62,534 nucleotides of DNA, filler included, from Stramenopiles sp. TOSAG23-3 (GCA_900128585.1; 15 parts of 15 records of this genome joined end to end with filler, not necessarily neighbours in it); one strand, 5' to 3'; positions 31,796 through 43,779 are shown, counted from the whole stretch's first letter. Made by a program: numbers and translations. Notes: generated by a model not told the origin, from the letters alone.

Positions 31796-33392
31796 TCATC
31801 CAACGTTTTTGCTGCGGCGCGCCAACTTCGCTGCCAGTTCATTTTGAACGGCTTGGGCTCCACCACTATGCCTACTAATTCGTCGCTTTGAGGCAGTTTT
31901 TGAAAACTTTCCACTGCTCCTTCTTGTGCCCTTCCCATCGCTGCCTTCATGAATTGCAGTCAAGCTGCTGTTCGCACGCCTGGATCGAAATTCAGCAACA
32001 ATGGCACTGGCGTTTGCTTGGCCAAGCTTTTTGTTAAAATCACCGATTAAATCCTTTTTATTGACGTCGATTTTTGAGGGACTCTCAGCCCTCATCGATG
32101 CCCTCTTATCATTCCGTTTCTTCTTTCGCGCTTCCGCGGCTTTCTTACGTGCTTCCTCTTTCGCAAGCTTTTCTTTCATCGACCGATTTTGCTCCTTTGC
32201 CATACAGTACGACTTGACAAATTCATCAAAAATCGAGAAGAAGCCAACAGCAACATCTTCCGTCCCACCCGTCTTCTTCGGCACGATGTTGGTCCATTTT
32301 GAGACGACCGTTTTGAGATCAATCCAGAGCTGGTCAAAGTTCTTCTGAAATGCCCCCACCCTCTCATTTGCACCTTTTATAAACATCCCTAGTTTTGTAC
32401 GAAACCTATCTGCCCCGTCGCCTTTTGCGTTGTCGATTTCTCGTTGGACAATATTCAGCTCGTTGCTTAGCTTTTTAAAGTCGATCTCTATTTGGGAAAA
32501 CGGCACCTGGGAAGCCGCGCCTACTCCACTCAAATCCTTTTCAAAATCGTACAAATCGTTCATGCTTTGCTTTGCTTCAAACTGGTCTGACATCCAATGC
32601 AGCAGGTTTCGCTTGTTATCGCTCGTCTTAACGGACACAAGCTTTTTCAAACCATCGACTTTAAACCCGTAAGCACCCCCCCGGGCCGTGCTGCCATTCA
32701 AATAATTTCCAATTGCGAGGATCACTTCTACAACCCGGGGGAGCCTTTTGGAATCCCTGACGTTTTTTACACCGTTGTGCAGTACCTCCATCTTCTTTTC
32801 CAAAGCATTTAGACCCAGTTCAAAGGAAAAGAAAGTCAGCATGGCCTGCATCCGAAATTTCAAACGGGGAATTGGGGCCATAACGAGAAAAAACTTTTCT
32901 GTCTCCATCAGCATGGATTTATCGCCAGTGTATGATGTCACTAACTCTTTCTCATCCTCCGTTGGCAGTAGCTTTAACAAAGATTCTACTCGATCGCGAT
33001 TAATTATTTGTGTGTCTACGTCGACAATGGCTCGCTTTATTTGTTCGTAGGGCATTCGAAATCGAGCAAGTGCAATTCCACAGTTCTGTTGACGTTTCGG
33101 ATCCACCAAACTGACCTTTTTCGGTTTGCTAGGCTTTTTCGGTTTCGGGGAACTACTTTGCTTCTTCGTTTGCTTTCCAAACGCACCCTCAAAGGCACCA
33201 AAGTCCAAGTCTACATTTTCATCGTCAATTTTCGACCAGATCGTGTCTTTAAATTCACTTTCTGAGTTGAACTTCATTTTTGACCAAAAGAAACCTTTCA
33301 TCTTCAGCTTTGGTTTGATTTTCTTTTTCGCAGGAAGACTAGGAAGGGCAGCGGGCCCCCGGCCAAAGCCTCCTCGTGGCGGCATTCGTGGC
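31796..33392 (-). CDS. Formin (end of FH1, FH2 and C-terminal tail), 5' truncated
   Basis: KLKMKGFFWSK, TIWSKID, SLVDPKRQQNCGIAL, LLPTEDE, ILAIGNYLNGSTARGGAYGFK, NLLHW, FFSIFDEF. Confidence 0.93.
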
Positions 33393-33492
33393 NNNNNNNN
33401 NNNNNNNNNNNNNNNNNNNNNNNNNNNNNNNNNNNNTTAATTAATTAANNNNNNNNNNNNNNNNNNNNNNNNNNNNNNNNNNNNNNNNNNNN

Positions 33493-34281
33493 GCGTCCTT
33501 CGGGCGCACCCCGTGCACACGTCCGAGCTCGAAAAGACGATGGCGCGCTTGAAAATAGCCACGACGGAGAACCAGAGGCTGCGGACGCAGTTGGAGAAAA
33601 TCCAAAAGGAGAACTCGACCATACACTCCAAGCAGCAGAAAGCGGTCGTGGAGAACCGGGAGGTGATCGCGAAGCAGCAGCGCTGGCTCATGGGGACCGT
33701 GCGCCGGATGAAGTGGGTCATCAAGGAGAAGAAAGGGATGGAAAAGGCGCTCAGCGCGCGCTCGTCGTACGTAGGGAAACTAGAAACGAAACTGCTCAAG
33801 CAGACCGCGCTGATCCGAAATTTGAAACGGGAGGTGCAGCGGCATAGGAACGGGGCGGCGCCCAAGGGCGGGAGGGCCGCCCGGACCGCCAAAAAACCAA
33901 ATGCAAGGACGAAAAAGATAGAACGGAAGCAGAGCGACGAGGACCTGGCGAGGAGCGTCTCCAAGGGATGTCCGACGGGTTCGAAACTCCAACATGGTCG
34001 ACGACCTCGTCCGCAGCCCCCGGCGGGCGTCCGTAACGATCCACGACCAGATCGATTCGATAAAAAAGTCGACGCTCGAGGAGAACGACTCCGAGCTCGT
34101 CGGCCGCATCAGTGGGATCTTGGACAGCGCGTCGTCCCAAGACTTCGAGGCCATCATGAGCCAGGAACTGTCAAAGGAAGATATCGAGGCCATAGACGAA
34201 AGCACGACAAGAGGCCTGCAGCAGCAGTTCTTGTCCATGTACGAAAGTGAGGGAGGGAACAGCCAGGGCGCCAAGGAGTAA
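33493..34281 (+). CDS. Coiled-coil protein C-terminus (5' truncated), probably frameshifted near 33965-33967
   Basis: The coiled-coil frame loses protein-like character after RSVSK. Removing one G from AAGGGATG gives KDVRRVRNSNMVDDLVRSPRR..., joining ORF 33994-34281. Confidence 0.6.
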
Positions 34282-34448
34282 GGCGTGGGGACAGAGGTAA
34301 ATATTACAAACAAAATAGAGAGATCTAAACATAACTTAGGGAGTGAAAGTAGGGAGCATTCCACGTGTTTTTAATCATGTCCTGCCATGTGTAGGAGACA
34401 ATACCAACCTTCTTCCTTGTTTTCACTAAACCAACATACCTCACTGCT

Positions 34449-36089
34449 CTAAAACCCATCTTCCAAGGCCTGCTCCTGCAGCTTGAGCTTCAACCCCGTC
34501 GATTCCCGGGCAAACGTCTGCGCGTTCCGCACCATCTGCTCTTCCAGAGTCTTTATTCGAATGTCCTTCTCGGCAATCTCTTGCTTGAGCGATGTGATAA
34601 CCGACTCGGTGTCTTGGAACACCGCTCCCCTCCCTCGCTTCGTCGGGGACGGGACCATGACGCCCAGCGCTTTCATTTTCTTCTTCTCCGCCTCCCGCTC
34701 CTCCTCCAACTGATCAAACTTCTCTTTTACCTCCCTCTCTATCTTCTTTATTTTTACTTCCTCCTCGCGGTCTCGAATGTTCTTCTGCCGTTGGGCGTTC
34801 AAAAGCTGCATTTCCATCATACTTTCCAACCGCTTGATGGTCTGCTCCTGGCTCGTCACGGCGCTCTTCAGCTGCGGCAATGCTTTCAGGTCGTCCTGCA
34901 ATTGCTGGATGTAGACCTGGGACGACAGGTGTGCCTTTCGAATCTGCTCGTGCACCTTGTCACGGTGCACCATTTTCTCCAGAATGATCCGGAGCGCCTT
35001 TATCTTTTGCGTGTACACTTGGTTCCGCTGGCGCTCCTGCTGGAGCTTTTCGCCGAGCAGCACGATGAACCGTGGCCGTTCGGACTGGGGCATCTGCTGG
35101 ACCGTGGCCCACGTAATCGGCCCCCTAAGGCTCGTCGTGACCTGGTTGCTTCGCTCTATGGTATGTTGGAGGCTGGCCTTTTCCCGCTCCGTCTGGTGCG
35201 TTTTCTGGCGCAAGTGAATGATCTCTTTCCCGCAGGCCTTCAAGGACCCGGTCAGCTTGTCCACTTCGGCCGACAGCCGATCGATCAGTTTGTTCTTGCT
35301 CTTGATGTCTTGGATCAACACCGCCGACTTGTGGACAGGGGACCCACGGTTCGGGGACGGGCTGTTGAACTCCTCCACCATCTTGTCGTAGTTCACCCGG
35401 GTCTTCTCAAACTTGTGCTGCCTCATGTCGTCCATTTTCCGCTGCTCGTTCCATTCCGTTTTGATCTGCTCGGCTCGGCTGGCGACGCGGAAGTGCGGCT
35501 TGGCCGTGTGGCGTCGGCTGCTTAAAAGTTCCAGCGCCCGCTTGTCGCTCGCGTTCAGATCGGCCATCCCGATGCGCCCGGACGCGACGGCGGCTTCCAA
35601 TGCCTTCAAACGCCCTTTTTCGAACGATTTCTTCCGCTTCGTTTTGTTTAAATCATTTATGTCCTCCATCTCAAACTTCATCATCTCCGCGTCGTACTGG
35701 TTGCTGTGGTCGAACGACGTGGTCACGTCCATGCCAGTGAACTCGTGAAGCAGCGGGTCGTAATTGTCCGAGGTGAACGTCAGCTCCTTGCTTTCGTCGT
35801 ACGACAATGGGGCCTTGCCCAACGCCGAAGATGGGGAGACCTTTCCAGCAGCGGTGGTGGCCGCGCCACCAGCAGCAGCCCCATCGTCCTCGTCGCTGTC
35901 CGACAGGATGTGGACCACGTCGCCCTCGTCCTCGACTTCAATGTCAAGGATTTTCTTTGCCTTGTACTTTTCCGCAGTCTTCTTCGCTTTCTTCTTCCGC
36001 CTCCTCTCTTTCCTCGCATCTATTTTTTCCTTCTTCTTACTACTCTCCGAGGTCGGGGACTTTCCAAACACCGATGGAAGGAACGGCAT
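34449..36089 (-). CDS. Coiled-coil protein; C-terminal half resembles CCDC33
   Basis: ATG at 36089. IRKAHLSSQVYIQQLQ..AVTSQEQTIKRLESMME and LEEQMVRNAQTFARE..LKLKLQE recall the CCDC33 C-terminus (from memory, unverified). Confidence 0.7.
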   Translation of the reverse strand: MPFLPSVFGKSPTSESSKKKEKIDARKERRRKKKAKKTAEKYKAKKILDIEVEDEGDVVHILSDSDEDDGAAAGGAATTAAGKVSPSSALGKAPLSYDESKELTFTSDNYDPLLHEFTGMDVTTSFDHSNQYDAEMMKFEMEDINDLNKTKRKKSFEKGRLKALEAAVASGRIGMADLNASDKRALELLSSRRHTAKPHFRVASRAEQIKTEWNEQRKMDDMRQHKFEKTRVNYDKMVEEFNSPSPNRGSPVHKSAVLIQDIKSKNKLIDRLSAEVDKLTGSLKACGKEIIHLRQKTHQTEREKASLQHTIERSNQVTTSLRGPITWATVQQMPQSERPRFIVLLGEKLQQERQRNQVYTQKIKALRIILEKMVHRDKVHEQIRKAHLSSQVYIQQLQDDLKALPQLKSAVTSQEQTIKRLESMMEMQLLNAQRQKNIRDREEEVKIKKIEREVKEKFDQLEEEREAEKKKMKALGVMVPSPTKRGRGAVFQDTESVITSLKQEIAEKDIRIKTLEEQMVRNAQTFARESTGLKLKLQEQALEDGF

Positions 36090-37074
36090 GGTGGTGAAAT
36101 GAACCAACACCCTCTACTAACACCCAACGAACCTTTTTTTATGTTCTTTTGCGAACGCGCGCACACTCTCTCTCTATATATCTTTCTATGTCTCTGTTTT
36201 TCCATTCACAATCTCTGGTCGTTGATTCTATTTATAAATTCATTGTTTTCATTCGGTCGTTCAGTCATTGAACTTCATATCGGATCAATCAGTCAACGAT
36301 TTACTAATTTTAATTTTTTTTTTTTGTTTTTTATTAGGAGAGAAAGAAGAAAGAAGAAGAAGAGGAGTAACGTTTACATCATAAAAAAAACAATCAGATG
36401 TGTTGTTATAATTCATAATATAATAACATCACATAGCATAGGAGAATTATGAATTATTATAATTATATGGGTCAACAAAAAATAGTATGCTGTGTCATGT
36501 ATTATTTATTATATAAAAGAAGAAGATTGAGAAATTCCAAAAATAGAAGAATCAATCCAAATCCAAATCTCCAAATCCAAAAGAAAACAAAGAGAACAAC
36601 AAAGAACAAAATTAACGGAATGAAGAATTGATAAAAGTGAGCTATGAACAATGACTTTGTATTTTATTACATCTAGATGCTGTGCTATAACCCTGTTATA
36701 CAATTCCAGTATTTGGACGGAGAGGATGGAGATTTTGAATCTTGAGGATGAAAATTTTATAAAAACAAAAAATTGGTGGCTTCCTCATATTTTTTTAATT
36801 ATCTACATTATACAAATATTGCAATATTGGCACACTCCTTGAAGTAACGGTTTCGTTGGATTGTGAGACGACCCACTACCATCAACCCTATGCCCGTGCG
36901 CGTGCATTTAGGTGATCCTCGCTATTGCCCCATTCCCATCTGTGTTCCATGAGCGCTGCCTCTTCCGTAGATATTAACGAATCCAGCAGTGGCATCGTGA
37001 TGATTCTTCGGTGACCTTCCATGTCCTCCATACTGCCGGCCGCAACCTCCACAACCATGCGCGTGATTCCATTT

Positions 37075-37470
37075 TCAATTTTGGGTTAAGAGGGCATCGT
37101 TAAGTTTCAGCGTCATTGAGGGTTTGGTACTCTCTTCATGGGGAGGCTGGCGTCGCTTTGGCCTTAGCCCGGATCGTTGTATCTCGTTGACTTCCCTCTC
37201 CAATTCGGAGAAACACCTTCGGAAACAGTACTGCTCTCTTCTTCGGGTCAATTCATCCTGCTTTAAACGGTTCGTTGCATCATTTTTTTGAGCAGCGTGG
37301 TAGGCGTCGCAATCAATATCGGTGCATAGGATGTTCACGGCTCCCTCTAAATCACGTTTTTCCGGGCTTGAACGGCGAAGCCTGGCACCGGACACAACGC
37401 CAAAAACAAAAATAATTATGTACAACAGTTTCCACACAAAACTCTTTATGTTCATCCGCATCGTGCTCAT
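37075..37470 (-). CDS. Small secreted protein; may continue in the +1 frame to 36888
   Basis: Signal peptide (KSFVWKLLYIIIFVFGVVSGARLRR) and Cys pairs. Ends AAT-TGA, with the +1 frame open for 62 codons in GC-rich sequence. Confidence 0.6.
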   Translation of the reverse strand: MSTMRMNIKSFVWKLLYIIIFVFGVVSGARLRRSSPEKRDLEGAVNILCTDIDCDAYHAAQKNDATNRLKQDELTRRREQYCFRRCFSELEREVNEIQRSGLRPKRRQPPHEESTKPSMTLKLNDALLTQN

Positions 37471-38459
37471 CCTCTAAGTAACGAAATACCGACTAGTACG
37501 AAGCGATGGAAGACGAAATGGACGCAATGCTGGCGAAAATGGGAAAGGCCGGCGATTTGTAAGAGGGGGAGAGNNNNNNNNNNNNNNNNNNNNNNNNNNN
37601 NNNNNNNNNNNNNNNNNTTAATTAATTAANNNNNNNNNNNNNNNNNNNNNNNNNNNNNNNNNNNNNNNNNNNNTATAGTAGAGACGACTAATTAATAATA
37701 ATAAATAAAATAAAAATAAAAATTCAAAATAGAAGAAGAAGAAAACTACGCCGTATTGTCATTATCAATAGTCCTAATATTATTCCTCCTCCTTACTTAT
37801 TATATTAATTTAGTCCTACGTATTATTAGTCTAGCTTATAATAATAAATAAATCTAATAAACTTCGAAGAAGAAATATAAAGAAGAACCTTTTTTTTTGA
37901 TGTATTTTGTTTCTTCGTGTTCTTCTTCCCCTATTTTCCTTGTATTATAACTAGGCCTCGTATTTAGCTAGACTATTATTTAATAATTAGACTAGACTAG
38001 TAAATTATAACTACGAGGAGAAGACGACTTTTCTTCATTTTTATTTCTTTTTTTCATCACGGTGTCATTATAACAGCAACACAGCAATTGAATCAGGTGT
38101 GTCTGTGCATGCATGCTCTTTCTTCTTCTTCTTCTTCTTCTGCTAATTAGTCTAAGAAGAGAGATGATTATCTTCTTTTTTTTGGATAAAAAAATAATAT
38201 TATTATTATTATTTAAATTAAAATACAAATTCATCAAAAAAAGTATTATAAAAAAAACTCTTTCTTTTAATAATTACATTATTAAACAAAAAACTGTATA
38301 TATAGAACAGACAGTGTATAAAAATAATAATGAAAATGAATACAAACATACAGACACAGTCGTCACAGAAAAAACAGTGTATTCAACGAATACGGACCAT
38401 TGCCACCTATTTTGGGCCTTGGTTGGATTGGTCCCTTGTTTGTATTTTTCTTCTTCTCT

Positions 38460-40765
38460 ATGGATCCCCTGATACCGGACGTGGACGCGGGCGCGGCGGT
38501 TTCTATGCGGGAGGAACTAGTCCAACCGTCGCTGCACTCTGAGAATGCGTCCACCCAGACGAAGCTTCTGCTCTTAGCGGTTCTGTTTGTTTCTTTGGTA
38601 ATTCTGTACCAGCATGCGATGTACCAGTGGGCCCTCGATTTTTTTTGGTACTACAGGGACTCGGTCGTGGGCCTGTTCTATCCAGAGGTCGGATACGGCA
38701 GCACCAAGGGGGGTGCGAGCCCTCGCCGGGGTGGGTTTTTTTCGTCCCGGCGCAATAGAGTAAAGAACATTGTGGGAAAGCCCGTCCGTTCGGGGGCATG
38801 CGGGATCGTTAACTTGGGGAACACGTGTTACATGGGCTCTACGATCCAATGCTTGAATTCTGTGAAGGCGTTCCGGAGTCTGTTTTTGGGCAGGGGGGAG
38901 GGCGAGCTGAACGGCCTAATCAACGAGGACTCCAAGTTCGGGAGTGGTGGGAAAGTCGCCCGCGCCTTTGCCGGGCTCGTTCGGTTACTGTGGAACGACA
39001 AGTACAGCGCCATCGCCCCTATAGAGTTTAAGGACATTTTTGGGGCCTTCAAAGGCCAATTTGCGGGGCACGACCAGCAGGACTCGCACGAATTTCTGAC
39101 CCAGCTGTTGGACAGCTTGCACGAGGACTTCAATTTTGCCAGCCAAGATTTTCGGTATCGGGAGAGGGGCGCCAGCTTCGACAACATGAACAACTCCCTC
39201 CGGTCCCAGCGGGCCCTTCAAGAGTACTGCACCACGAACCGGAGCCCGCTCATGGACATTTTTTTGGGGCAGGTGAGCAGTATTAAAGGGTGCAAAGAGT
39301 GCGGGTTCGAGAGCGCAACCTTCGAGTGCACCTGGCAGCTGAGCGTGCAGCTCCCCCCCCCCCCTCCATCTTTCTCAACATAAAAATATTTCCCTCCAGC
39401 CCGCTGCTGTCCGCGGACACTCCTGTAATTTTTGGCGTCTGGGTCAACAAGAACCCGTCCATCTCCATGTTGGCCACGCACGTGACAGACATGATTGCGG
39501 AGACGTACGGGAGAGAGGTAGAGATGTCGTCGATTGTCCTCACGACCGTCGTTCAGGACGGTTCCCAGGCCATCGCAGACATCTGCTCCTCGTCCAAGTA
39601 TTTAAGAATTTTGCAGGGCGGCGAGATGATTTATGCCTTTGAGACGGAGCGGCAGCACGTCGTCGAGAAAGAAGAGCACTCGTCCAGCAGCGCCTCGGAG
39701 GATTCGGAGTCAGCGCCGCGGCACTTTGTCCCTTTTATTCATAGACTCGTCGGGGACAGGCAGGACTACAGCGTCGTAGGCATCCCTGGCTTGATTTACA
39801 TAGACGAACATTTCTCGCTTCGCAACTGCTTGGAGACCATTTGCAGGCTGGTGGCCTCCTGCGTGCACGAGCAGCATGCTGAGGAGGCGGCGGCGGCCGC
39901 CGAGCAGGGGAACGTGCACTGGCTGCTGAACTACGGGATCGTGAGGGTGGTAAGCACGTCCTCCTGGGCGTTAAAGCACACCAGGGGCCAGGATATTCCG
40001 AACTTTGAGGAGGAAGCCGTTGAAAAGTTTTTACCCGGCCGGAAGGTTACCATTACCTTTGACTGGTACGAATCGTCGATATTTGACACCAAGATCGTCA
40101 ACAAGCTAATACAGCACCCGACGTTCAAAGGGCGGCCGGAGAGGGACAGCTCGCAGAGCAGCGTGACCCTTGATCACTGCCTCGAACACTTTTTTGTCGA
40201 GGAAACGCTGGATGACAACAATTTAATTTCGTGCGCCCAGTGCAACAAGCTGGTGCACGGCGTGAAGAGCATTTCGTTCGTAAAGCTGCCGCCAGTCCTT
40301 ATCATTCTTTTGAAGCGGTTCGAAGACGTGTTTACAAAGTTGACCACCAACGTGGACTTTCCGGTGAACGACCTGGACATGTCTTCGTACCTATTGCCCC
40401 CCTCAAGGTTCGAATCCGAAGGCGAGGAAAATGCAACGGCCGAAAAGGACTGCCTGTACGATCTGGTTGCACTTTCGACCCACGTCGGCGGGCTCTCTTC
40501 TGGCCACTACACTGCCTACCGTCGAATGGAAGACGACCAGTGGGTGTACTGCAACGACGAGAAAATCACCGCCCTGAGCTACGAGAGGCACTTGGAGCCG
40601 TCGCTAGGGATCGACACGTCCTCCGTTTACATACTGGTGTACAAGCGAAAGTCATTCTTGGGCGACCCGGCCAGCGAAGCCTACGAAAGATCGAAGGCGC
40701 GCAAAGCAGTAAGGCCGAAGCGGATGAGTCCTCGCAGCAGCCAGCGCTGGTCAATGGACTTGTGA
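38460..40765 (+). CDS. Ubiquitin-specific protease (peptidase C19, USP4/11/15-like) with an N-terminal TM helix; frameshifted at a C12 run (39353-39364)
   Basis: Cys box GIVNLGNTCYMGSTIQCL, QQDSHEFL and C-x2-C in the first frame. LDHCLEHFFVEETL, KLPPVLIILLKRF, His box YDLVALSTHVGGLSSGHYTAY, WVYCND and YILVY in the second frame. Confidence 0.9.
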
Positions 40766-40984
40766 AGGCGGGGGGTAGAGAGAGAGAGGTTTAGAGAAGT
40801 TCGTAAAAGATATGTTTGAAGTAACGTACTGTGCTTGGTAAGAACGTAACGTGTACGCGTAATTCTTACGGCATAACGACAATACTTCCCTTATATGGCT
40901 ACCCTGGCACCTCTTGGTCGCAGGCGTGAGGGGAAAAAATCTAAGAGGTTTAATAATGAAGAGCTCTCTTTTATACATTACACT

Positions 40985-41395
40985 TTACACTCTCTGGCAG
41001 AGCCCTGCGAACGATAAGACGGCGCCGACAAGGAAGCCCACGACGCACATTACGACGATCGGTATGGGGTACTCCTGCCACGGTTCATCCCAGTCCAACG
41101 GAAAGGCAGCAGTGCCAATAATGGACCCAATCACGGACCAGCCTCCACAGGCCCTTATATTTCTCTCCGTCTTCGATTTTGTAACCCCAACCACAAAAAT
41201 TCGCCACAGTGCCTCTAGATTTATTCCGTGCAAAAGAAAGACAGGGAGGACGGTGACGCTAGCCTGCACACTGCTCCATAGAAGTGTTTCGTGAATTTTT
41301 TTTGTCAAAGGTGCACCCAAAAGAATCGCCAAAAAGAAAAATGCGACCCCCCCGCCCCAAACTGCGGGAATACCTCGGGTAATTAGTTGCTTCAT
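40985..41395 (-). CDS. PIGF: GPI ethanolamine-phosphate transferase accessory subunit PIG-F/Gpi11 (start uncertain)
   Basis: AILLGAPL...ET and IGSIIGTAAFPLDWDEPWQEYPIP (PLDWD.PWQ.WP signature). Confidence 0.85.
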   Translation of the reverse strand: MKQLITRGIPAVWGGGVAFFFLAILLGAPLTKKIHETLLWSSVQASVTVLPVFLLHGINLEALWRIFVVGVTKSKTERNIRACGGWSVIGSIIGTAAFPLDWDEPWQEYPIPIVVMCVVGFLVGAVLSFAGLCQRV

Positions 41396-41843
41396 AAAAA
41401 ATACCTGGGTGCGGCAACGCGTCCTCCTCTACAACAATGTTATGGCAATGGCGTCTTCACCAACAATGCGTCTGTACTGGCAGTGGTGTTCTTGGAAGGC
41501 GCGGAATTGTGTGAAAAAATTACGGAAGACGAACGTCTTAAAAGTGTATGAATCCGTCTTAAAATGCCAGGTGCTTTGAAACAGAACTTGTTGATTACCG
41601 ATGAAGAATGTTTGATATGTATGTAGATACTCTAATATTCCTAATAGAACTTGAATTATTAGATGTAAATAGTCGTCTATTGTTGAGGAAGAAAAGAAGA
41701 AGAATGTTCATCAAAACAACAACAACAACAACAACAACAACAANNNNNNNNNNNNNNNNNNNNNNNNNNNNNNNNNNNNNNNNNNNNTTAATTAATTAAN
41801 NNNNNNNNNNNNNNNNNNNNNNNNNNNNNNNNNNNNNNNNNNN

Positions 41844-41922
41844 ATTAATCATCGTGAATATAATCATCATCAATTTACTCTCGTCTATAACCACATACAC
41901 CACACCCACACACACATCTTCT
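41844..41922 (+). repeat. 79-bp perfect inverted repeat, left arm (right arm 45833-45911), forming both contig ends
   Basis: attaatcatcgtgaatataatcatcatcaatttactctcgtctataaccacatacaccacacccacacacacatcttct is the exact reverse complement of 45833-45911. Confidence 0.95.
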
Positions 41923-42777
41923 TCTCCTCTCTCTCCATTATTACCAACTTCTTACTACGTACCGGTACGGTACTTACCCTTCTTCTTCTTCGTTTTTTTT
42001 TTATTATTATTTTTATTTTTTTTATTGTGCATTGTATTATACTACTACACAAAATGATTTCCTTCCTCTTTCTTTCTTTGATTTCTTCTTCTTTTTAATA
42101 ATATAATACAATACATACACGCACCACCACCAGGTAGGTGGGAAGGTATAATACGTCCTCGTAGGTATTTGAGACATTAGTCTATTAAAATGTACATCAT
42201 TTGTTATATGCTGTGTTGCTACTATTTGTTTATTTGTACTTAAGGATCGAATGATTCTCCAGAAAAAGTTGTACTTGTTTTGTATACTTGAAGTCAGAGA
42301 TTCTATCTCCATCTGATATTGATTGACAACTTCTTTTTTCCTTCCTACTCTGGAGTACGAGGTAGTCGTCACATACATCCCATCCCTTCTTCCTTTTACT
42401 TCTCCTACTTATTATAATATTAATAGGTAGACGATTAGGTCCTTATTTAAATAAATTGTATTTTAATTTTAATATTTTAATTAAAAAGAAAACCAGTGAG
42501 TGTTACGTAATAGGCTTATAAATTTAAACTCATCTCTCTTCTTACTTCTTACGGTACAGTCCGTGCACTCAGTACGGTAAATGAATACTACTAGTGTGAA
42601 TTAAAAGTGTCAACTGAGTGCAAGTGCGTGATAGAACAGAAAAAGATGAATGGAAGAGTGTGAATGTACGTGGTCCTTGTTCCCATCATCATCAATATTT
42701 TACAAAAGAAAGTACATCGAGGTTGTATTTTTTAATTATTCTCTGTCGGTCGTCGTTTGAACAAGTCTGTTACCAGC

Positions 42778-43779
42778 ATGTCGAATTTCACAGGTGTCGC
42801 CGCCGAAGCTGGCGACGTGTGCTACTTGTGTACCCTACCGGAAAGGCTTGTCAGCACGGACAACACCCTTCTCATTTTTCAACCCTGGAACATCGTGTTT
42901 CTCCTGTTGATGGTGCTGTTTATCGTGGTTGCACGCTTCTTGTTCCAGCTTAAGTATGACGTTGTTTTCAAAAACAAGACGATAGAGAAGCAGGGGAAGT
43001 ACAAGTCGTACCTGTACTCGTTCAACGAAGCCCTCGCGGAGGACGACAACAAAGCGCTGGCGGTTTCGCTAGCGGGCTACTTGCTCGGGGCTGGGCTGTA
43101 CACTTGGTCGTCGTTCAATGGACTGCGTCTGCTCGACGGGTGGGCGAACGTCTACATTGTCATCATTTGGCAAATCGTGGGGGCCGTCCAGCTAGAAATT
43201 GCTAGGTTGCTCAACGACAAGGTCGCCTTTGGCTCGGTCAACAACGCGCGCGAGATCGTGAGGAGGCGAAACCTTGCCGTTGGCCTCTGCGAGGGGGGCA
43301 GCTACGTTGCGGCCGGGCAGGTCGTCATGGCCGCCACGACGGGGGAATCCCACTCGTGGTCGGTTGACATCGCCAGCAGCTTCATGTGGTTTTTCATCGG
43401 ACAGATCATATTCTTGATTGTCGATAAAATCTTGGCGCGCGTGGACGACCTGGACATTCAGGACGAGGTGAAGAAGGGGAACGTTGCGATGGGCCTGTAT
43501 TTTGCCATGAGCCACATCAACATCGGGCTGATCATATCGAACGTAGTGTTCAAGTCGGACTCGATACTTGCATTCTTCGTGTGGGTTATTGTTGGGACGG
43601 TGGGCATGCTGCTGTTGCGCGTGTTTATATACCACTTTGTGCTGCCGGGAAGCAGTTTGCACAAGGAGATCGTCGAGGACCACAATTGGGGCACCGCGCT
43701 CGTGTACGGCATCATCCCGATCGGGGTCAGCATATACCTGAACACGTTCTTGCCGAACACGTGCGAAAACTCTACATAA
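42778..43779 (+). CDS. DUF350-repeat multi-pass membrane protein, paralog A
   Basis: Four units of (E)xxxxN.A(L/V)(A/G)+TM: EALAEDDNKALAVSLAGY, EIVRRRNLAVGLCEGG, DEVKKGNVAMGLYFA, KEIVEDHNWGTAL. Confidence 0.8.
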   Translation: MSNFTGVAAEAGDVCYLCTLPERLVSTDNTLLIFQPWNIVFLLLMVLFIVVARFLFQLKYDVVFKNKTIEKQGKYKSYLYSFNEALAEDDNKALAVSLAGYLLGAGLYTWSSFNGLRLLDGWANVYIVIIWQIVGAVQLEIARLLNDKVAFGSVNNAREIVRRRNLAVGLCEGGSYVAAGQVVMAATTGESHSWSVDIASSFMWFFIGQIIFLIVDKILARVDDLDIQDEVKKGNVAMGLYFAMSHINIGLIISNVVFKSDSILAFFVWVIVGTVGMLLLRVFIYHFVLPGSSLHKEIVEDHNWGTALVYGIIPIGVSIYLNTFLPNTCENST

